In this document: one piece after another, positions 29,467 through 41,457 of the stretch
Layout of the letters: the number at the start of each line of letters is the position of its first letter
Numbering within the stretch: the first letter of the stretch is position 1
Source of the DNA: an uncultured Rhodobacteraceae bacterium
GTDB lineage: Bacteria; Pseudomonadota; Alphaproteobacteria; Rhodobacterales; Rhodobacteraceae
DNA length: 64,000 bases
NCBI GenBank assembly: GCA_965657135.1
Contig: CBFHNF010000003.1
Location: 6,836-70,835 of the forward strand
Reading direction: 5' to 3'
The notes under the pieces: generated by a model
The model's database searches: none
The model's input: only the letters and a program-made list of their open reading frames with translations
What the model was told of the DNA's origin: nothing
Position numbers and translations under genes: made by a program

Positions 29467-29957
29467 TTGAAAAATTGATGGGGTTCGTGTTTGGTGGTAG
29501 GCTTACTTCCACGGCCGAGGTGTTTCGCTAGAATACAGAAAAATCAGCAGTACGGGCGCATCACTTGCAACAGGCCGCGCTCTCTCAGTATGCGACAGAA
29601 TTTCGGGTTCCACGATCTGGGTTTGATCGTTTAATCGATGGACTAAATAGATTGCCGCGCCATGCTATGGCGTTTGGTGTTTTAGGATTGTTTATTGCCG
29701 CAATGATTGACCCAATTTGGTTTGCCGATCGCATGGTCGGGCTTGGGTTAGTACCGGAACCTTTGTGGTGGTTGCTGGGTGCAATCGTGTCTTTTTATTT
29801 CGGGGCACGGCACCAAAGCAAAAGTTTCGAAATTCGCGCAAACGATCTGCGTCTAAAGGCCGAGGCAATCGCCAATATCGGTAATGCACATGATGAGAAT
29901 CCTGTACGACATGTCCTTGAAAATGCCGCTGTCGCAGAATGGCGTAGACTAACGTAG
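29457..29957 (+). pseudogene. holin (GTA_holin_3TM type) interrupted by in-frame TAG at 29529-29531
   Basis: ATG 29457 gives MGLIEKLMGFVFGGRLTSTAEVFR*NTEKSAVRAHHLQQAALSQYATEF...FDRLIDGLNRLPR...VPEPLWWLLGAIVSFYFGAR, all in one frame. Confidence 0.8.
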
Positions 29958-30023
29958 GGTTGCGACAAAATTCATGGCATTTAGACGTGGAAAGCTGTGC
30001 GGTTTCACCCTATAGTCCATTGT

Positions 30024-31991
30024 ATGATTACAGAATTTGGACACTTCGCACTCATCCTTGCCTTTATGGTAGCGCTGTTGCAATCAAGCCTGCCATTGAT
30101 AGGCGCATCTTTTAATCGCCATGGATTAATGGCCTTTGCAATGCCTGCCGCGACTGCACAATTTGTGTTGGTGTTAGCGGCTTTTGGCGCACTTACACAT
30201 GCTTTTGTCACCTCGGATTTTTCGGTGCAGCTGGTCATGCTGAATTCGCATTCTTTAAAGCCGATGATTTACAAAATAAGTGGCGTTTGGGGAAATCACG
30301 AAGGATCACTGTTATTGTGGATATTGATCCTTGCATTGTTCGGTGCTTGCGCCGCATGGTTTGGACAAAATTTAACACCGACGTTCCGTGCCCGTGTGAT
30401 TGCGGTACAGGGGATGATTGGTGCCTCTTTTCTTGCGTTTTGTATTTTTACGTCAAACCCATTTTTGCGCGTTGCACCCGTTCCACTAGATGGGCAGGAT
30501 TTGAACCCACTATTGCAAGATCCAGGATTGGCCTTTCACCCTCCGTTTTTGTACCTTGGATATGTGGGGCTTTCGATGGCGTTTTCTTTTGCTGTTGCAG
30601 CGCTGATTGAAGGCCGCGTCGACGCAGCATGGGGCAGATGGGTGCGGCCTTGGACATTGGCGGCTTGGGTATTCCTTACAATAGGGATCGCATTGGGCAG
30701 TTGGTGGGCATATTACGAATTGGGTTGGGGCGGTTTTTGGTTTTGGGATCCGGTTGAAAATGCATCCTTTATGCCATGGCTTTTTGCTGCTGCACTTTTG
30801 CATTCCGCAATTGTTGTGGAAAAGCGCGAAAGCCTGAAGAATTGGACTATTTTGTTGGCCATTTTCGCATTTGGATATTCGATTATGGGCACATTCATTG
30901 TACGTTCTGGCGTCCTAACTTCGGTACATGCCTTTGCAAATGATCCTGATCGTGGCGTGTTCATTTTAATTATATTGGCTGTCTTCATGGGAGGCGCGCT
31001 GACACTGTTTTCCGTGCGCGCGTCGGAGTTAGAAAGTAAGGGCGTGTTTTCGTTTGTGAGCCGCGAAAGCGCATTGGTCATGAACAACATCTTGCTTGCG
31101 GTCAGTTCATTCGTAGTATTCGTCGGAACGATTTGGCCGCTTGTTGCAGAACTTTTTTTTGATCGCAAACTTTCGGTTGGGGCTCCGTTTTTCAATATGG
31201 CCTTTACGCCGTTTATGATTGCCCTTGGTTTAATCTTGCCGATTGGTGCGATTGTTCCGTGGAAACGCGGCACATTAGGGCGAGCAATTAAATCAATGCG
31301 CGTCCCATTTGTTTTTGCACTTGCCGTTATGGGCTTAGTTTGGGCCATGCAAACTGGTCAAAGCCTACACGGCCCGATTGGAATGTTTTTAGGGGCATGG
31401 TTGATCGCCGGAGCAACCATGGAACTAATACTGCGCTTAGGGCAATCGCGTGATTTATCACGCCTCTTGCGATTACCGCGTGCAGATTGGGGTAAATTCA
31501 CGGCGCACTCTGGACTTGGGGTGACAATGGCTGGGATTGCCGGGATCATGGCTTGGCAGGCCGAGGACATTCGCGTTGTTAATGTTGGGGATAGTTGGAA
31601 ATTGGGTGGATATGATTTCACTTTAGAAGATGTGCGTCAAGAACGTGGGCCAAACTATTTCACAACAATGGCAGATATCCGTTTGTCAATGAATGACACA
31701 GAGATCGCGCTTCTGAACCCAGAGAAGCGAAACTATCCTGTCGCACAGATGCCAACAACAGAGGCAGCCATCGATTACAACATGATGCGAGACGTTTATA
31801 TTGTCATAGGCGATCCACAAGCTGATGGTGGTTGGGCAGTACGTACCTATATTAAACCAATGGCAAATTGGATTTGGCTTGGTGCGGCATTAATGGCATT
31901 GGGCGGGTTAATTTCCCTGACGGATCGGCGTTTTCGTGTGGCCGCTGGTGCGCGAAAACAATCTGCAATCCGTGGAGTTCCTGCTGAATGA
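30024..31991 (+). CDS. ccmF: heme lyase CcmF
   Basis: WGNHEGS, LNPLLQD, HPPFLYLGY, WAYYELGWGGFWFWDPVENAS, SVHAFA. Confidence 0.96.
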   Translation: MITEFGHFALILAFMVALLQSSLPLIGASFNRHGLMAFAMPAATAQFVLVLAAFGALTHAFVTSDFSVQLVMLNSHSLKPMIYKISGVWGNHEGSLLLWILILALFGACAAWFGQNLTPTFRARVIAVQGMIGASFLAFCIFTSNPFLRVAPVPLDGQDLNPLLQDPGLAFHPPFLYLGYVGLSMAFSFAVAALIEGRVDAAWGRWVRPWTLAAWVFLTIGIALGSWWAYYELGWGGFWFWDPVENASFMPWLFAAALLHSAIVVEKRESLKNWTILLAIFAFGYSIMGTFIVRSGVLTSVHAFANDPDRGVFILIILAVFMGGALTLFSVRASELESKGVFSFVSRESALVMNNILLAVSSFVVFVGTIWPLVAELFFDRKLSVGAPFFNMAFTPFMIALGLILPIGAIVPWKRGTLGRAIKSMRVPFVFALAVMGLVWAMQTGQSLHGPIGMFLGAWLIAGATMELILRLGQSRDLSRLLRLPRADWGKFTAHSGLGVTMAGIAGIMAWQAEDIRVVNVGDSWKLGGYDFTLEDVRQERGPNYFTTMADIRLSMNDTEIALLNPEKRNYPVAQMPTTEAAIDYNMMRDVYIVIGDPQADGGWAVRTYIKPMANWIWLGAALMALGGLISLTDRRFRVAAGARKQSAIRGVPAE

Positions 31992-32443
31992 GGCGTCTGA
32001 TCTTAATTGTCATGTTAGTCTGCGCCTTTCCAGTGTTGGCGGTTCAGCCTGACGAAATATTGGACGATCCAATTTTGGAACAGCGTGCGCGCGAACTATC
32101 CAAAGGATTGCGGTGTATGGTTTGTCAGAATGAAAGCATCGATGATAGTGATGCAGCACTTGCTCGAGATTTGCGTATTTTGGTACGCGAGCGATTGGTT
32201 GCTGGTGACAGCGATGACGAAGTTTTGGATTTTGTAGTTGAGAGATACGGTGAATTTGCACTGTTAAAGCCCACATTTGGGGGCGGAAACCTGATCCTGT
32301 GGATTGCAGGACCGCTTGGATTGATATTTGCGCTCTTTATTGGAGTAAACATGGTGCGACGGTCGAATGCATCCTCTGGGGCAAAAGATACACTAAGCGG
32401 CGACGAAGAGGCGCGTCTAAACGAAATCCTTAAGCGCGATTAA
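31988..32443 (+). CDS. ccmH: cytochrome c-type biogenesis protein CcmH (CycL)
   Basis: LRCMVCQNESIDDS, RYGEFALLKP. Confidence 0.93.
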   Translation: MRRLILIVMLVCAFPVLAVQPDEILDDPILEQRARELSKGLRCMVCQNESIDDSDAALARDLRILVRERLVAGDSDDEVLDFVVERYGEFALLKPTFGGGNLILWIAGPLGLIFALFIGVNMVRRSNASSGAKDTLSGDEEARLNEILKRD

Positions 32444-32512
32444 CGTCAGGTTTCTGTTGCAAATCCTCTTTTTTTTTTGATTGTCTTAGGGCGAACCATA
32501 GAAAGTTGTGCC

Positions 32513-33289
32513 ATGCATTATGATACCATTACGTTGACGCTGAAAGACGACATCGCCGTAATCACTTTGAACCGGCCGCATGTTATGAACGCATTAAACA
32601 CCCAGATGCGTGCGGAAATCACGCAAGCGGTTACCCAATCGGGTAAACATGCCCGTGTTGTTGTTTTGACGGGTGACGGAAAAGCGTTTTGCTCTGGGCA
32701 GGATTTGGGCGATCGGCAGTCCGTTGCTAATTTGGATTTAGAACGCACATTGCGTGATGAATACGAACCTATGCTAAATGCAATTATCAATTGTCCTGTG
32801 CCAACCATTACGGCGCTTAACGGGCCCGCTGCAGGGGCAGGAGCGAATTTGGCGCTTGCTGCTGATGTAGTGATTGGTGCCAAGTCTAGCTATCTAATGC
32901 AGGCGTTTTCAAAAATCGGATTAATACCCGATGCTGGAGGAAGTTATATTTTGCCACGTGCAATGGGGATGGCCAAGGCAATGGGCGCGTCATTATTTGC
33001 TGAAAAAATCATGGCAGAAGATGCCGCCAATGCGGGGATGATTTGGGAAGCAGTAGAAGATGATCAATTTGAAGCCACTTGGCATGCTCGTGCAGCGCAT
33101 TTGGCATCTGGCCCAACAGTGACCTATGGGCACATAAAAACGGCACTTCGCCAAAGTTGGGATAACAATTTGGGGGACCAACTTGCACTTGAGGCAAAGT
33201 TGCAAAAAGCCTGTGGTGAAACACATGACTTTAAAGAAGGAGTTTTGTCATTTTTAGACAAGCGCGCGCCGAAATTTGAAGGGCGCTAA
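32513..33289 (+). CDS. enoyl-CoA hydratase/isomerase (PaaG-like crotonase)
   Basis: LNRP..MNAL, AFCSGQDL, NGPAAGAG, GLIPDAGG, DFKEGV..F..KR.P.F.GR. Confidence 0.88.
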   Translation: MHYDTITLTLKDDIAVITLNRPHVMNALNTQMRAEITQAVTQSGKHARVVVLTGDGKAFCSGQDLGDRQSVANLDLERTLRDEYEPMLNAIINCPVPTITALNGPAAGAGANLALAADVVIGAKSSYLMQAFSKIGLIPDAGGSYILPRAMGMAKAMGASLFAEKIMAEDAANAGMIWEAVEDDQFEATWHARAAHLASGPTVTYGHIKTALRQSWDNNLGDQLALEAKLQKACGETHDFKEGVLSFLDKRAPKFEGR

Positions 33290-33305
33290 GTGTTCATCAT
33301 TTAAT

Positions 33306-33337
33306 AAAAAAGCGCTGAGGAAATTCAGCGCTTTTTT
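33306..33337. terminator. bidirectional intrinsic terminator
   Basis: AAAAAAGCGCTGA-ggaaat-TCAGCGCTTTTTT between convergent genes. Confidence 0.85.
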
Positions 33338-33350
33338 AATTCAACCAACG

Positions 33351-34646
33351 TTAGCGGTTTTCAATGTCTTGGTAATCGCGGAGTGTTTCACCAAGATACA
33401 GCTGACGTGGACGGCCAATTTTCATCTGCGGATCGCCAATCATTTCTTTCCACTGCGAAATCCAACCAACAGTCCGTGATAGGGCAAAGATTGGCGTGAA
33501 CATTGATGTTGGGAAGCCGATTGCCTCAAGAATGATACCCGAATAGAAATCCACGTTCGGGAACAGTTTTTTCGAAATGAAGTATTCGTCGTTCAGTGCA
33601 ACCCGTTCCAACTCTTTTGCAACTTGTAAGAGAGGGTTGTCCTCAATCCCCAGTAACTCAAGAACTTCATCTGCAGATGTCTTTAAAACCGTCGCACGTG
33701 GATCGGTGTTTTTGTAAACGCGGTGACCAAAGCCCATCAAACGGAATGGGTCATTTTTGTCCTTTGCGCGTGCTATAAATTCTGGAATACGATCAACAGT
33801 CCCGATTTCACGTAACATTTCCAGACAAGCTTGGTTTGCACCACCATGCGCAGGTCCCCATAGACACGCAATACCCGCAGCGATACAGGCAAATGGGTTC
33901 GCGCCAGAAGAGGATGCCAAGCGAACTGTAGATGTAGACGCGTTTTGTTCATGATCCGCATGAAGTGTAAAGATGCGATCCATTGCGCGGGATACAATCG
34001 GGTTCACATGATATTCTTCAGCGGGAACAGAAAAACACATATGCAAGAAATTTGACGCATAATCCAAATCATTGCGCGGATAAACAAAAGGTTGACCAAC
34101 AAAATATTTGTAGGCCATTGCTGCAATCGTTGGTACTTTTGCAATCAAACGAATTGCCGCAACTTCGCGTTGCCAATCATCATTTACATCCGTTGAGTCG
34201 TGATAAAATGCTGACATGGCACCAACAACGCCCACCATTGTTGCCATTGGGTGCGCGTCACGGCGGAAACCACGGAAAAAGTAATGCATTTGTTCATGCA
34301 CCATTGTGTGTTTGGTGACACGTGTTTCAAAGTCTTCTAGTTTTTCTGCGCTTGGCAATTCACCGTACAATAAAAGGTAACACACCTCTAGATAATGCGA
34401 TTTTTCCGCCAGTTGATCTATTGGATATCCACGATGTAATAATTCACCCTTACCACCATCGATATAAGTTATTGTGCTGTCACAGCTTGCGGTGGACGTA
34501 AAACCAGGATCGTAAGTGAATACGCCAGCGTCCGCATATAGTTTTCGAATATCTAATACATCGGGTCCAGCCGTTGGCGTGTAGATCGGCAAATCAAACG
34601 ACTTACCATCTAAGCTCAACGTCGCTTTTCTGGTTGAATCAGCCAT
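33351..34646 (-). CDS. gltA: citrate synthase (type II)
   Basis: [46 protein letters not shown]. Confidence 0.97.
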   Translation of the reverse strand: MADSTRKATLSLDGKSFDLPIYTPTAGPDVLDIRKLYADAGVFTYDPGFTSTASCDSTITYIDGGKGELLHRGYPIDQLAEKSHYLEVCYLLLYGELPSAEKLEDFETRVTKHTMVHEQMHYFFRGFRRDAHPMATMVGVVGAMSAFYHDSTDVNDDWQREVAAIRLIAKVPTIAAMAYKYFVGQPFVYPRNDLDYASNFLHMCFSVPAEEYHVNPIVSRAMDRIFTLHADHEQNASTSTVRLASSSGANPFACIAAGIACLWGPAHGGANQACLEMLREIGTVDRIPEFIARAKDKNDPFRLMGFGHRVYKNTDPRATVLKTSADEVLELLGIEDNPLLQVAKELERVALNDEYFISKKLFPNVDFYSGIILEAIGFPTSMFTPIFALSRTVGWISQWKEMIGDPQMKIGRPRQLYLGETLRDYQDIENR

Positions 34647-34731
34647 GTATCTTCCTTTCATAAATGCACCTATTTTATATTAGGTACTGCTTCGGCAGGC
34701 ACTTTTTACTACGACTGTTAGTACCCTTACT

Positions 34732-36141
34732 TTAGTCGTGGCAAAGTGCCATAACATCGTTCATGCGCGCAATGCTTTCGTCGCGTCCAAGAACTAACAT
34801 CATATCGATCACACTTGGCGTAACAGATTGTCCTGCCAGTGCAGCGCGAAGAGGCCCTGCAACCTTGCCAAAACCAACTTCGTGATTTTCTGCAACTTGG
34901 TTAACAAGTGCCTCAAGGGCGTCCCGCGACCACGTAACATTGTGCAACTGCGGCGTCAATGTTTCTAGTATACTGCGGGATACTATATTAAGTTGTTTTT
35001 GTGCCTTTTCTTCAATAGTTAGCGGGCGATCAACCAGAATAAATAACGCTTTATCAATGAGTTCTCCTAATGTCTTTGCGCGGTCTTTGACGCAATATAA
35101 AGCATTCTTTAAACCCATTTTTTTTTCATCGCTAAGCATAGGCTGACCAGATTTAATAAGATATGCCAAAATTTCTTGCAGCAGTGCAGCATCGTCAGCG
35201 GCCGCAATGTGTTGGCCAGATAGGTTTTGTAATTTTTTGAAATCAAATCGAGCAGCCGATTTATTTATCCCATTAAAATCAAACCAATCCTGTGCTTGTG
35301 AATCAGTGAAAAATTCATCGTCGCCATGACTCCACCCCAAACGGGCCAAATAATTGCGCATTCCTGCGGACGGGTATCCCATTGTTTGATAATCTTCGAC
35401 GGATGTTGCACCGTGACGTTTGGACAGTTTTTTCCCATCTTCGCCAAGGATAAGGGGCAGGTGAGCATATACAGGTAATTCCCAACCCATCGCGTTGTAT
35501 ATCATCATTTGGCGGGCTGCATTGTTCAGGTGATCATCGCCGCGAATTACATGCGTGATTCCCATATCATAATCATCCACGACAACGGCCAACATATAAA
35601 CGGGCGTACCGTCAGAGCGTAACAAGACCATGTCATCAAGCTGATCGTTTTTGATTGTCACGTCTCCCTGAACCTGATCACGAATAACGGTTTCACCTGT
35701 TTCAGGGGATTTTATGCGTACAACATAAGGCGTGTCGGGATGTGTTTCAGGGGCAGCATCGCGCCATGGGCTTTGATAGAGTGTTGAACGACCTTCTGTG
35801 CGCGCTGCATCGCGAAACGTTTGAATTTCTTCCTGTGTGGAAAAGCACTTATACGCTTTGCCTTGCTCTAACAGATGATGCGCAACCTCTGCGTGACGAT
35901 CCGCACGGTCAAATTGCGACACAGGGTCCCCGTCATAATCGAGCCCCAACCATTCCATTCCGCGCAAAATCGCATCTGTCGCCTCTGGGGTTGAACGTTC
36001 GCGGTCTGTATCCTCGATCCTCAATAAAAATTTACCACCTCGGCCGCGCGCATATAACCAATTAAACAATGCGGTCCGCGCTGTTCCAATATGCATATAA
36101 CCGGTGGGAGAAGGCGCAATACGTGTGACGACCTGAGACAT
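34732..36141 (-). CDS. gltX: glutamate--tRNA ligase
   Basis: [34 protein letters not shown]. Confidence 0.97.
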   Translation of the reverse strand: MSQVVTRIAPSPTGYMHIGTARTALFNWLYARGRGGKFLLRIEDTDRERSTPEATDAILRGMEWLGLDYDGDPVSQFDRADRHAEVAHHLLEQGKAYKCFSTQEEIQTFRDAARTEGRSTLYQSPWRDAAPETHPDTPYVVRIKSPETGETVIRDQVQGDVTIKNDQLDDMVLLRSDGTPVYMLAVVVDDYDMGITHVIRGDDHLNNAARQMMIYNAMGWELPVYAHLPLILGEDGKKLSKRHGATSVEDYQTMGYPSAGMRNYLARLGWSHGDDEFFTDSQAQDWFDFNGINKSAARFDFKKLQNLSGQHIAAADDAALLQEILAYLIKSGQPMLSDEKKMGLKNALYCVKDRAKTLGELIDKALFILVDRPLTIEEKAQKQLNIVSRSILETLTPQLHNVTWSRDALEALVNQVAENHEVGFGKVAGPLRAALAGQSVTPSVIDMMLVLGRDESIARMNDVMALCHD

Positions 36142-36148
36142 ACGGGCG

Positions 36149-36163
36149 GTAACCTTTTGGTAA
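36149..36163. promoter_or_regulatory. degenerate CtrA-like site upstream of comEC
   Basis: GTAA-CCTTTTG-GTAA resembles TTAA-N7-TTAA. Confidence 0.3.
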
Positions 36164-36223
36164 GAGTTGAGACATAGCGTAGTGACTATCTAGCGGGAGC
36201 CTAAGCCAAGGACAAGCCATCAC

Positions 36224-38254
36224 ATGCTGTGGTTTCATCTCTTAAACGAAATCAGACAGCAACGAAACAATCTGTTTTTGTGGTCACCCCTTGCCTTTGC
36301 GATTGGAATTTCAGCGGTTTTTTCCCACGGTCATTGGTTGGTACCGATCCTGTTTTGTATCCTCCTGATCAGTGTCATTCTATATTTTTATTACTATGGC
36401 GTTAAGGACAGCGACGCATTCCCAATAATAGTCTTGCTAAGTGTTGCTATATTTGGAACAGCTGCAGCGTGTTTCAGAGCCTATTCTGTTTGGGCTCCGA
36501 CATTAAGTTACCCCTATTATGGTGAGGTAGAGGGCAGTATTCAGTCCATTGACCGCTCTGCAAGTGAATCATTACGTCTTACGATCAAAGTGACGTCGAT
36601 GGATCCTATATCCGAACAAAGACGACCGCACTTTGTGCGCATATCCTTTCCTAAGCATTCAGGCGAGATTCCAAGGGTTGGCGAAACCCTGCGCACAACG
36701 GCCTATGTCACACCTCCCCAAGGACCAGTGGAACCAGGTGGTTTTGATTTTAGCCGTCATGCCTATTTTCAAAGCCTTGGTGGAGTTGGATATGCTCGAA
36801 AAGGGTTTCAGATAATAGATTATCCAAGAACGCCCCATTTTTGGAAAGATAGACAAAGGATATTGTCACAATTTATCAATGCGCACCTACTAGATCGATA
36901 AGTTGGATTTGCTCAGGCGATCATTTCAGGGGATCGTTTGAATTTGTCACTTGATGTAATCGAAGATTTGCGTCGTACGAACCTTGCACATTTGTTGGCA
37001 ATATCTGGCTTGCACATGGGGTTACTTACGACCGTCGTATTTGGTCTTTTACGTATGATCTGCGTGATTTTACAAATTGAACAATTGCGCAGACACGCCC
37101 GTGCGATTGCGGCCCTTGGCGCGATCATGGCAGGTATCGCCTATATGGGGTTATCCAGCAATTCGATTGCAAAGCAACGTGCCTTTATTATGATTGCGTG
37201 TTTTTTCGGTGGTGTGATCCTGTCACGGCGTGCGCTGACCTTGCGATCTCTGGCTCTGGCGGCGTTGATAATTCTGGCCTTACGCCCCGAGGCATTGTTT
37301 TCCCCCGGTTTTCAAATGTCATTTGCCGCAACGATTGCGTTGGTGAGTGCCTTTAAAGTCATTGCTAAACGTAGTTGGATAAAAAGAGGGTTGATATTCA
37401 ATTACATAATCGGCGCGATTGTATCTTCGAGTGTTGCTGGACTTGCCACGGCACCTTTTGCCGCTCTTCACTTTAATCAAATTAGTCAGATTGGATATAT
37501 TGCCAATTTACTGGCAGTACCTGTGATGGCGATGGTGGTGGCGCCCGCTGCCGTGATTGCAATGGCTCTGGCCTCGTTAAAACTTGCGTGGATTCGGTTT
37601 TGGTTTGTTGACTTGGGATTGTCTTGGATCCAATTTGTTGCGTCCCCTTTGGCGTATTTTGAGTTGGCGATCCGAATGGTAAAAACGCCTATGCAAGGTG
37701 TTCTCCCATTATTAAGCTTTGGATTGGTTTGGGTGATCTTATGGATTGGTTGGCGCGGGAAATGCATTGGATACGGTATGGTTGTGATCGCTGTGACCCT
37801 TTGGGCGATGACGGAGCGCCCCCATGTTTTGATTGCAGATCATGGTAAACTCATTGGGCTGCTGACGGATAAAGGGCGCGCGCTTAGCAAGGAGAAAGGG
37901 CAGGGGTTTGTTGCAGATGTGTGGACAGAGAATGGTGGACATCGTCTAAAGCGGTCAGAGGTGCATGAATTGTGGAATAAAACCAATACGGATATTGTTC
38001 ACATATGGTCTAAACGCGCGTCATCAAAAACGTATGAATGCGGTGCAGACGAAATATATGTCGCGCTCCATGATGTTGCGATCATTGGGGATTGTTTGAT
38101 TTTACGAAAACATGATTTTTATGACTTCGGTGCAACACAAATCGCATTGACAACGCAGGGCTATCAAATCGTCCGGCGCGTCAACAAATATGCCACCCCG
38201 TACGCTTGGCGGGCAACATCCGCCCGCCGAAACCGTTTAATAGGTACGGATTAA
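36224..38254 (+). pseudogene. comEC: ComEC/Rec2 DNA uptake channel interrupted by in-frame TAA at 36899-36901
   Basis: ORFs 36224-36901 (OB/DUF4131 part, PGGFDF) and 36938-38254 (AHLLAISGLHMG, GFQMSFAA) are in the same frame: LLDR*VGFAQAIISGDR. Confidence 0.85.
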
Positions 38255-38932
38255 TCCAACCAATCGCCCCTGAACACGAACGCGGTCATGTGGTACGACG
38301 CGTGTTTCGTATGCGGGATTTGCCGCCTCGAGCGCAATCATTTCACCGCGGTGAAAGAACCGTTTTAATGTTGCTTCTACACCATCCAAGAGTGCGACTA
38401 CGATGTCACCATTGGTTGCTGTTTTCGCCTCTCGAATAACAACAACATCGCCATCATTAATTCCCGCTTCGATCATTGAATCACCTTTTACCTCCAGGGC
38501 ATAGTGATCCCCACCTGATCGCAACATTTGCCCAGGTACCGCGACATTGTGCGATACATGACTGATCGCCTCAATCGGCACACCCGCAGCAATGCGTCCC
38601 ATCACGGGCAGTTCCATCGCGTGCATCGTTTCGATGGGGGTTGTATTTGATGATGCTGTTGGTGCGCCGCCTTCAATCACCTTTGGTGTAAATCCTTCAT
38701 CGCTTTCTCCTCCCAATGCTTCTGGAAGTTTCACGATTTCTATTGCGCGTGCTCTATGGGCCAAACGTCGGATAAACCCACGTTCCTCTAATGCAGTGAT
38801 GAGACGATGAATCCCAGATTTTGAGCGCAAATCCAATGCTTCCTTCATTTCATCGAACGAAGGTGGAACGCCATCGCGTACCATGCGTTTGTTAATGAAA
38901 TCTAGCAAATCCAGTTGTTTACGGGTTAGCAT
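38237..38932 (-). CDS. lexA: SOS repressor LexA
   Basis: MLTRKQ..., [23 protein letters not shown] (AG cleavage site), GDSM, ATLKR. Confidence 0.96.
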   Translation of the reverse strand: MLTRKQLDLLDFINKRMVRDGVPPSFDEMKEALDLRSKSGIHRLITALEERGFIRRLAHRARAIEIVKLPEALGGESDEGFTPKVIEGGAPTASSNTTPIETMHAMELPVMGRIAAGVPIEAISHVSHNVAVPGQMLRSGGDHYALEVKGDSMIEAGINDGDVVVIREAKTATNGDIVVALLDGVEATLKRFFHRGEMIALEAANPAYETRVVPHDRVRVQGRLVGLIRTY

Positions 38933-38964
38933 ATCAGGCCCCTTTAGAACATCATTTATCATAT

Positions 38965-38979
38965 GTTCTACATGTGTTC
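38965..38979. promoter_or_regulatory. alphaproteobacterial SOS box GTTC-N7-GTTC
   Basis: GTTC-TACATGT-GTTC about 33 nt upstream of the lexA ATG. Confidence 0.85.
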
Positions 38980-39002
38980 CTGTTTTGTGTCAACACTTTC
39001 CT

Positions 39003-40175
39003 CTAAAGAAGGATGATTTCAACATCGTCGCCTTTTTTCCGCGACCTATCATTTGGGGGGCGCACGATCAGCGCGTTGGATGCAGCGAGAATACTCAAAA
39101 GCGCACTGTCCTGACGATCAAAAATTTGAACATTCCCGGCCTCATATATTGCCCGCATGTAATGCTCTCGCGGGCCGTTTTCAGAAACATCATGGGATAA
39201 TTTAGCTTTCGCACGGGAGACTGGTGATTTTCCTAATCCTTGCAAGGCACGCACAACAGGGGTTAAAAATACTGTACCGCAAACCATCGCAGAAACGGGG
39301 TTCCCGGGCAGTCCGATCATAACGGCATTTTGAATACGCCCTGCCATCAACGGTTTACCTGGTCGCATTGCAACCTTATAAAAGGTGCGCTCAACCCCAC
39401 GACGTTCAGCGGCTTTTGATACCAAATCATGATCCCCCACTGATGCGCCGCCAATTGTGACAATCACATCCGCACCCTTGGCTAACGAAAATGCCTGATC
39501 TATTGAATGTAAGTTATCGCGTGCAATTGGCAGAATACGTACATCAGCTCCGATTTTACGAAGCATTGCGGCCAAACCAAAGGTATTTGAAACAATGATC
39601 TGATCTTGATCAGGTGTATCCCCCGGCATGACAAGTTCATCTCCAGTTGATATCAGCGCTACAGCGGGTTTTCGATAGACCTCAATATATGGGCAGTTCA
39701 TCGCAGCAAGCAGCGCGATGTCATTTGGACCCAACAATTTTGGGGCATCCAAAGTTGATCCGCGTTTAAAATCAATTCCTTTGGCGCGCACATAATGGGC
39801 GGGATCAAGATTTTCATTTAATTTAATGGTGTCGCCGTTGCGCGTGACGTCCTCTTGGATGATGACGCGGTCGCATCCTTCGGGAACAGGAGCGCCTGTA
39901 AAAATACGCACACAGTGACCGGTAGAGACAGGAGACGTAAATCCATGACCCGCCGCTGATTCACCGATTACTGTAAATTCAGCACCAGGTTTGGCGCGTT
40001 CTGACGCAAGCGCATATCCATCCATAGCCGAGGCAGGAAAGGGGGGCTGATCGCGATCAGCAAGGGCACGCTTTGCCAAAACACGACCTGATGCCTGCGC
40101 GAGAGGGATTGTTTCAGCGCCAATTGGCTTGGTCAGTCCCAAAAGCGCCTCTAACGCCTCGTTAACACTTATCAT
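39003..40175 (-). CDS. moeA: molybdopterin molybdotransferase
   Basis: [47 protein letters not shown]. Confidence 0.95.
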   Translation of the reverse strand: MISVNEALEALLGLTKPIGAETIPLAQASGRVLAKRALADRDQPPFPASAMDGYALASERAKPGAEFTVIGESAAGHGFTSPVSTGHCVRIFTGAPVPEGCDRVIIQEDVTRNGDTIKLNENLDPAHYVRAKGIDFKRGSTLDAPKLLGPNDIALLAAMNCPYIEVYRKPAVALISTGDELVMPGDTPDQDQIIVSNTFGLAAMLRKIGADVRILPIARDNLHSIDQAFSLAKGADVIVTIGGASVGDHDLVSKAAERRGVERTFYKVAMRPGKPLMAGRIQNAVMIGLPGNPVSAMVCGTVFLTPVVRALQGLGKSPVSRAKAKLSHDVSENGPREHYMRAIYEAGNVQIFDRQDSALLSILAASNALIVRPPNDRSRKKGDDVEIILL

Positions 40176-40648
40176 TCTGAGGAGTAGCGGCCAGATTTAC
40201 CGCCATCTTTTAACACAACGCGTATTACCCCAATTTCCATCGTTTTATCGACGGCCTTGATCATGTCATAAACCGTCAATCCCGCGACACTCACCGCGGT
40301 TAGGGCTTCCATTTCAACACCGGTCTGACCAGTTGTCTTGACGCTGGCCTCAATATCAACACCGGGCAAATTGGGGTTTAACGAAAGATCGACGGTTACT
40401 TTTGTAATAGCCAGTGGATGACATAGTGGAATTAAGTCTGGTGTCTTTTTCGCACCCATTATCCCCGCCATGCGCGCCACTGATAAAACATCCCCCTTTT
40501 TGGCACGACCCTGTGAAATCATGTCAAAGGTTGCCTGCTGCATCTTTACATGTCCACGTGCGGTTGCAATACGGTCTGTATGGTCCTTTTCGGACACATC
40601 CACCATATGCGCTTCGCCCTTGGCGTTAAAATGCGAAAGTTCGGACAT
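40172..40648 (-). CDS. moaC: cyclic pyranopterin monophosphate synthase
   Basis: [40 protein letters not shown]. Confidence 0.96.
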   Translation of the reverse strand: MSELSHFNAKGEAHMVDVSEKDHTDRIATARGHVKMQQATFDMISQGRAKKGDVLSVARMAGIMGAKKTPDLIPLCHPLAITKVTVDLSLNPNLPGVDIEASVKTTGQTGVEMEALTAVSVAGLTVYDMIKAVDKTMEIGVIRVVLKDGGKSGRYSSE

Positions 40649-41457
40649 TACATCGCCCCCATCAACGGATTGGCGAGGATCGTACGCGTTGCCGCTTCCA
40701 CATTCTGTTGCCGCATGAGGCTTTCTCCGATCAGAAAGGTGCGCGCGCCATATTGCGCCATGTTTGATAAATCTTCGGGTGTGTTCAATCCACTTTCGCT
40801 TACCAAAACACGATCAGCGGGCACCATGCGCGACAGCTGTCGCGTAGTGTCCAAGGTGGTTTCGAACGTTTTCAAATTTCTGTTGTTAATTCCCAGCAGG
40901 GGGGATTTTAACGACAGGGCGCGTTCCAATTCATCAACATCATGTACTTCGATCAAAACATCCATATCCCATGAAAATGCAGCATCTTCTAATTCTTGGG
41001 CCTGCGCATCGCTGACGGATGCCATGATTATTAAAATGCAATCCCCACCCAATGCGCGCGCTTCGGCGACCTGATAGGTGTCATACATGAAATCCTTGCG
41101 CAGTGCAGGCAGCTTGGTTGCGGCACGGGCCTGCGTCAGATATTCCTTTGCCCCTTGAAAACTTGGGGTATCCGTCAACACGGAAAGGCAGGTCGCACCC
41201 CCCGCTTCATAGGCTTTGGCCAAGGATGCAGGTTCGAAATCAGCACGAATAAGTCCCTTTGAGGGCGATGCTTTTTTCACTTCAGCAATCAATCCATAAC
41301 CGGTTTTAGTGGCAGAAATCAGAGATTTTGCGAAACCACGGGTTGGACCCGCCTCTTTCGCTTCCGCTTCAACCTCAGAGTAGGGTTTTTGGGCCTTGTC
41401 TGAAGCGATCTCTCCTAATTTATAGGCCTTAATGCGGTCTAGGACTGTGTCGCTCAT
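40648..41457 (-). CDS. trpC: indole-3-glycerol phosphate synthase
   Basis: [37 protein letters not shown]. Confidence 0.96.
   Translation of the reverse strand: MSDTVLDRIKAYKLGEIASDKAQKPYSEVEAEAKEAGPTRGFAKSLISATKTGYGLIAEVKKASPSKGLIRADFEPASLAKAYEAGGATCLSVLTDTPSFQGAKEYLTQARAATKLPALRKDFMYDTYQVAEARALGGDCILIIMASVSDAQAQELEDAAFSWDMDVLIEVHDVDELERALSLKSPLLGINNRNLKTFETTLDTTRQLSRMVPADRVLVSESGLNTPEDLSNMAQYGARTFLIGESLMRQQNVEAATRTILANPLMGAM

Noticed and set aside
28855-29957. Prophage remnant
   Set aside because: Only an endolysin and holin are present, at a housekeeping locus (ccmE-ccmF), with no integrase, structural genes or att sites.
30713-31348. 211-aa antisense ORF within ccmF, and other antisense ORFs inside purL, ior, trpC and nrdJ
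   Set aside because: These are shadow ORFs produced by codon structure of well-conserved genes and carry no motifs of their own.
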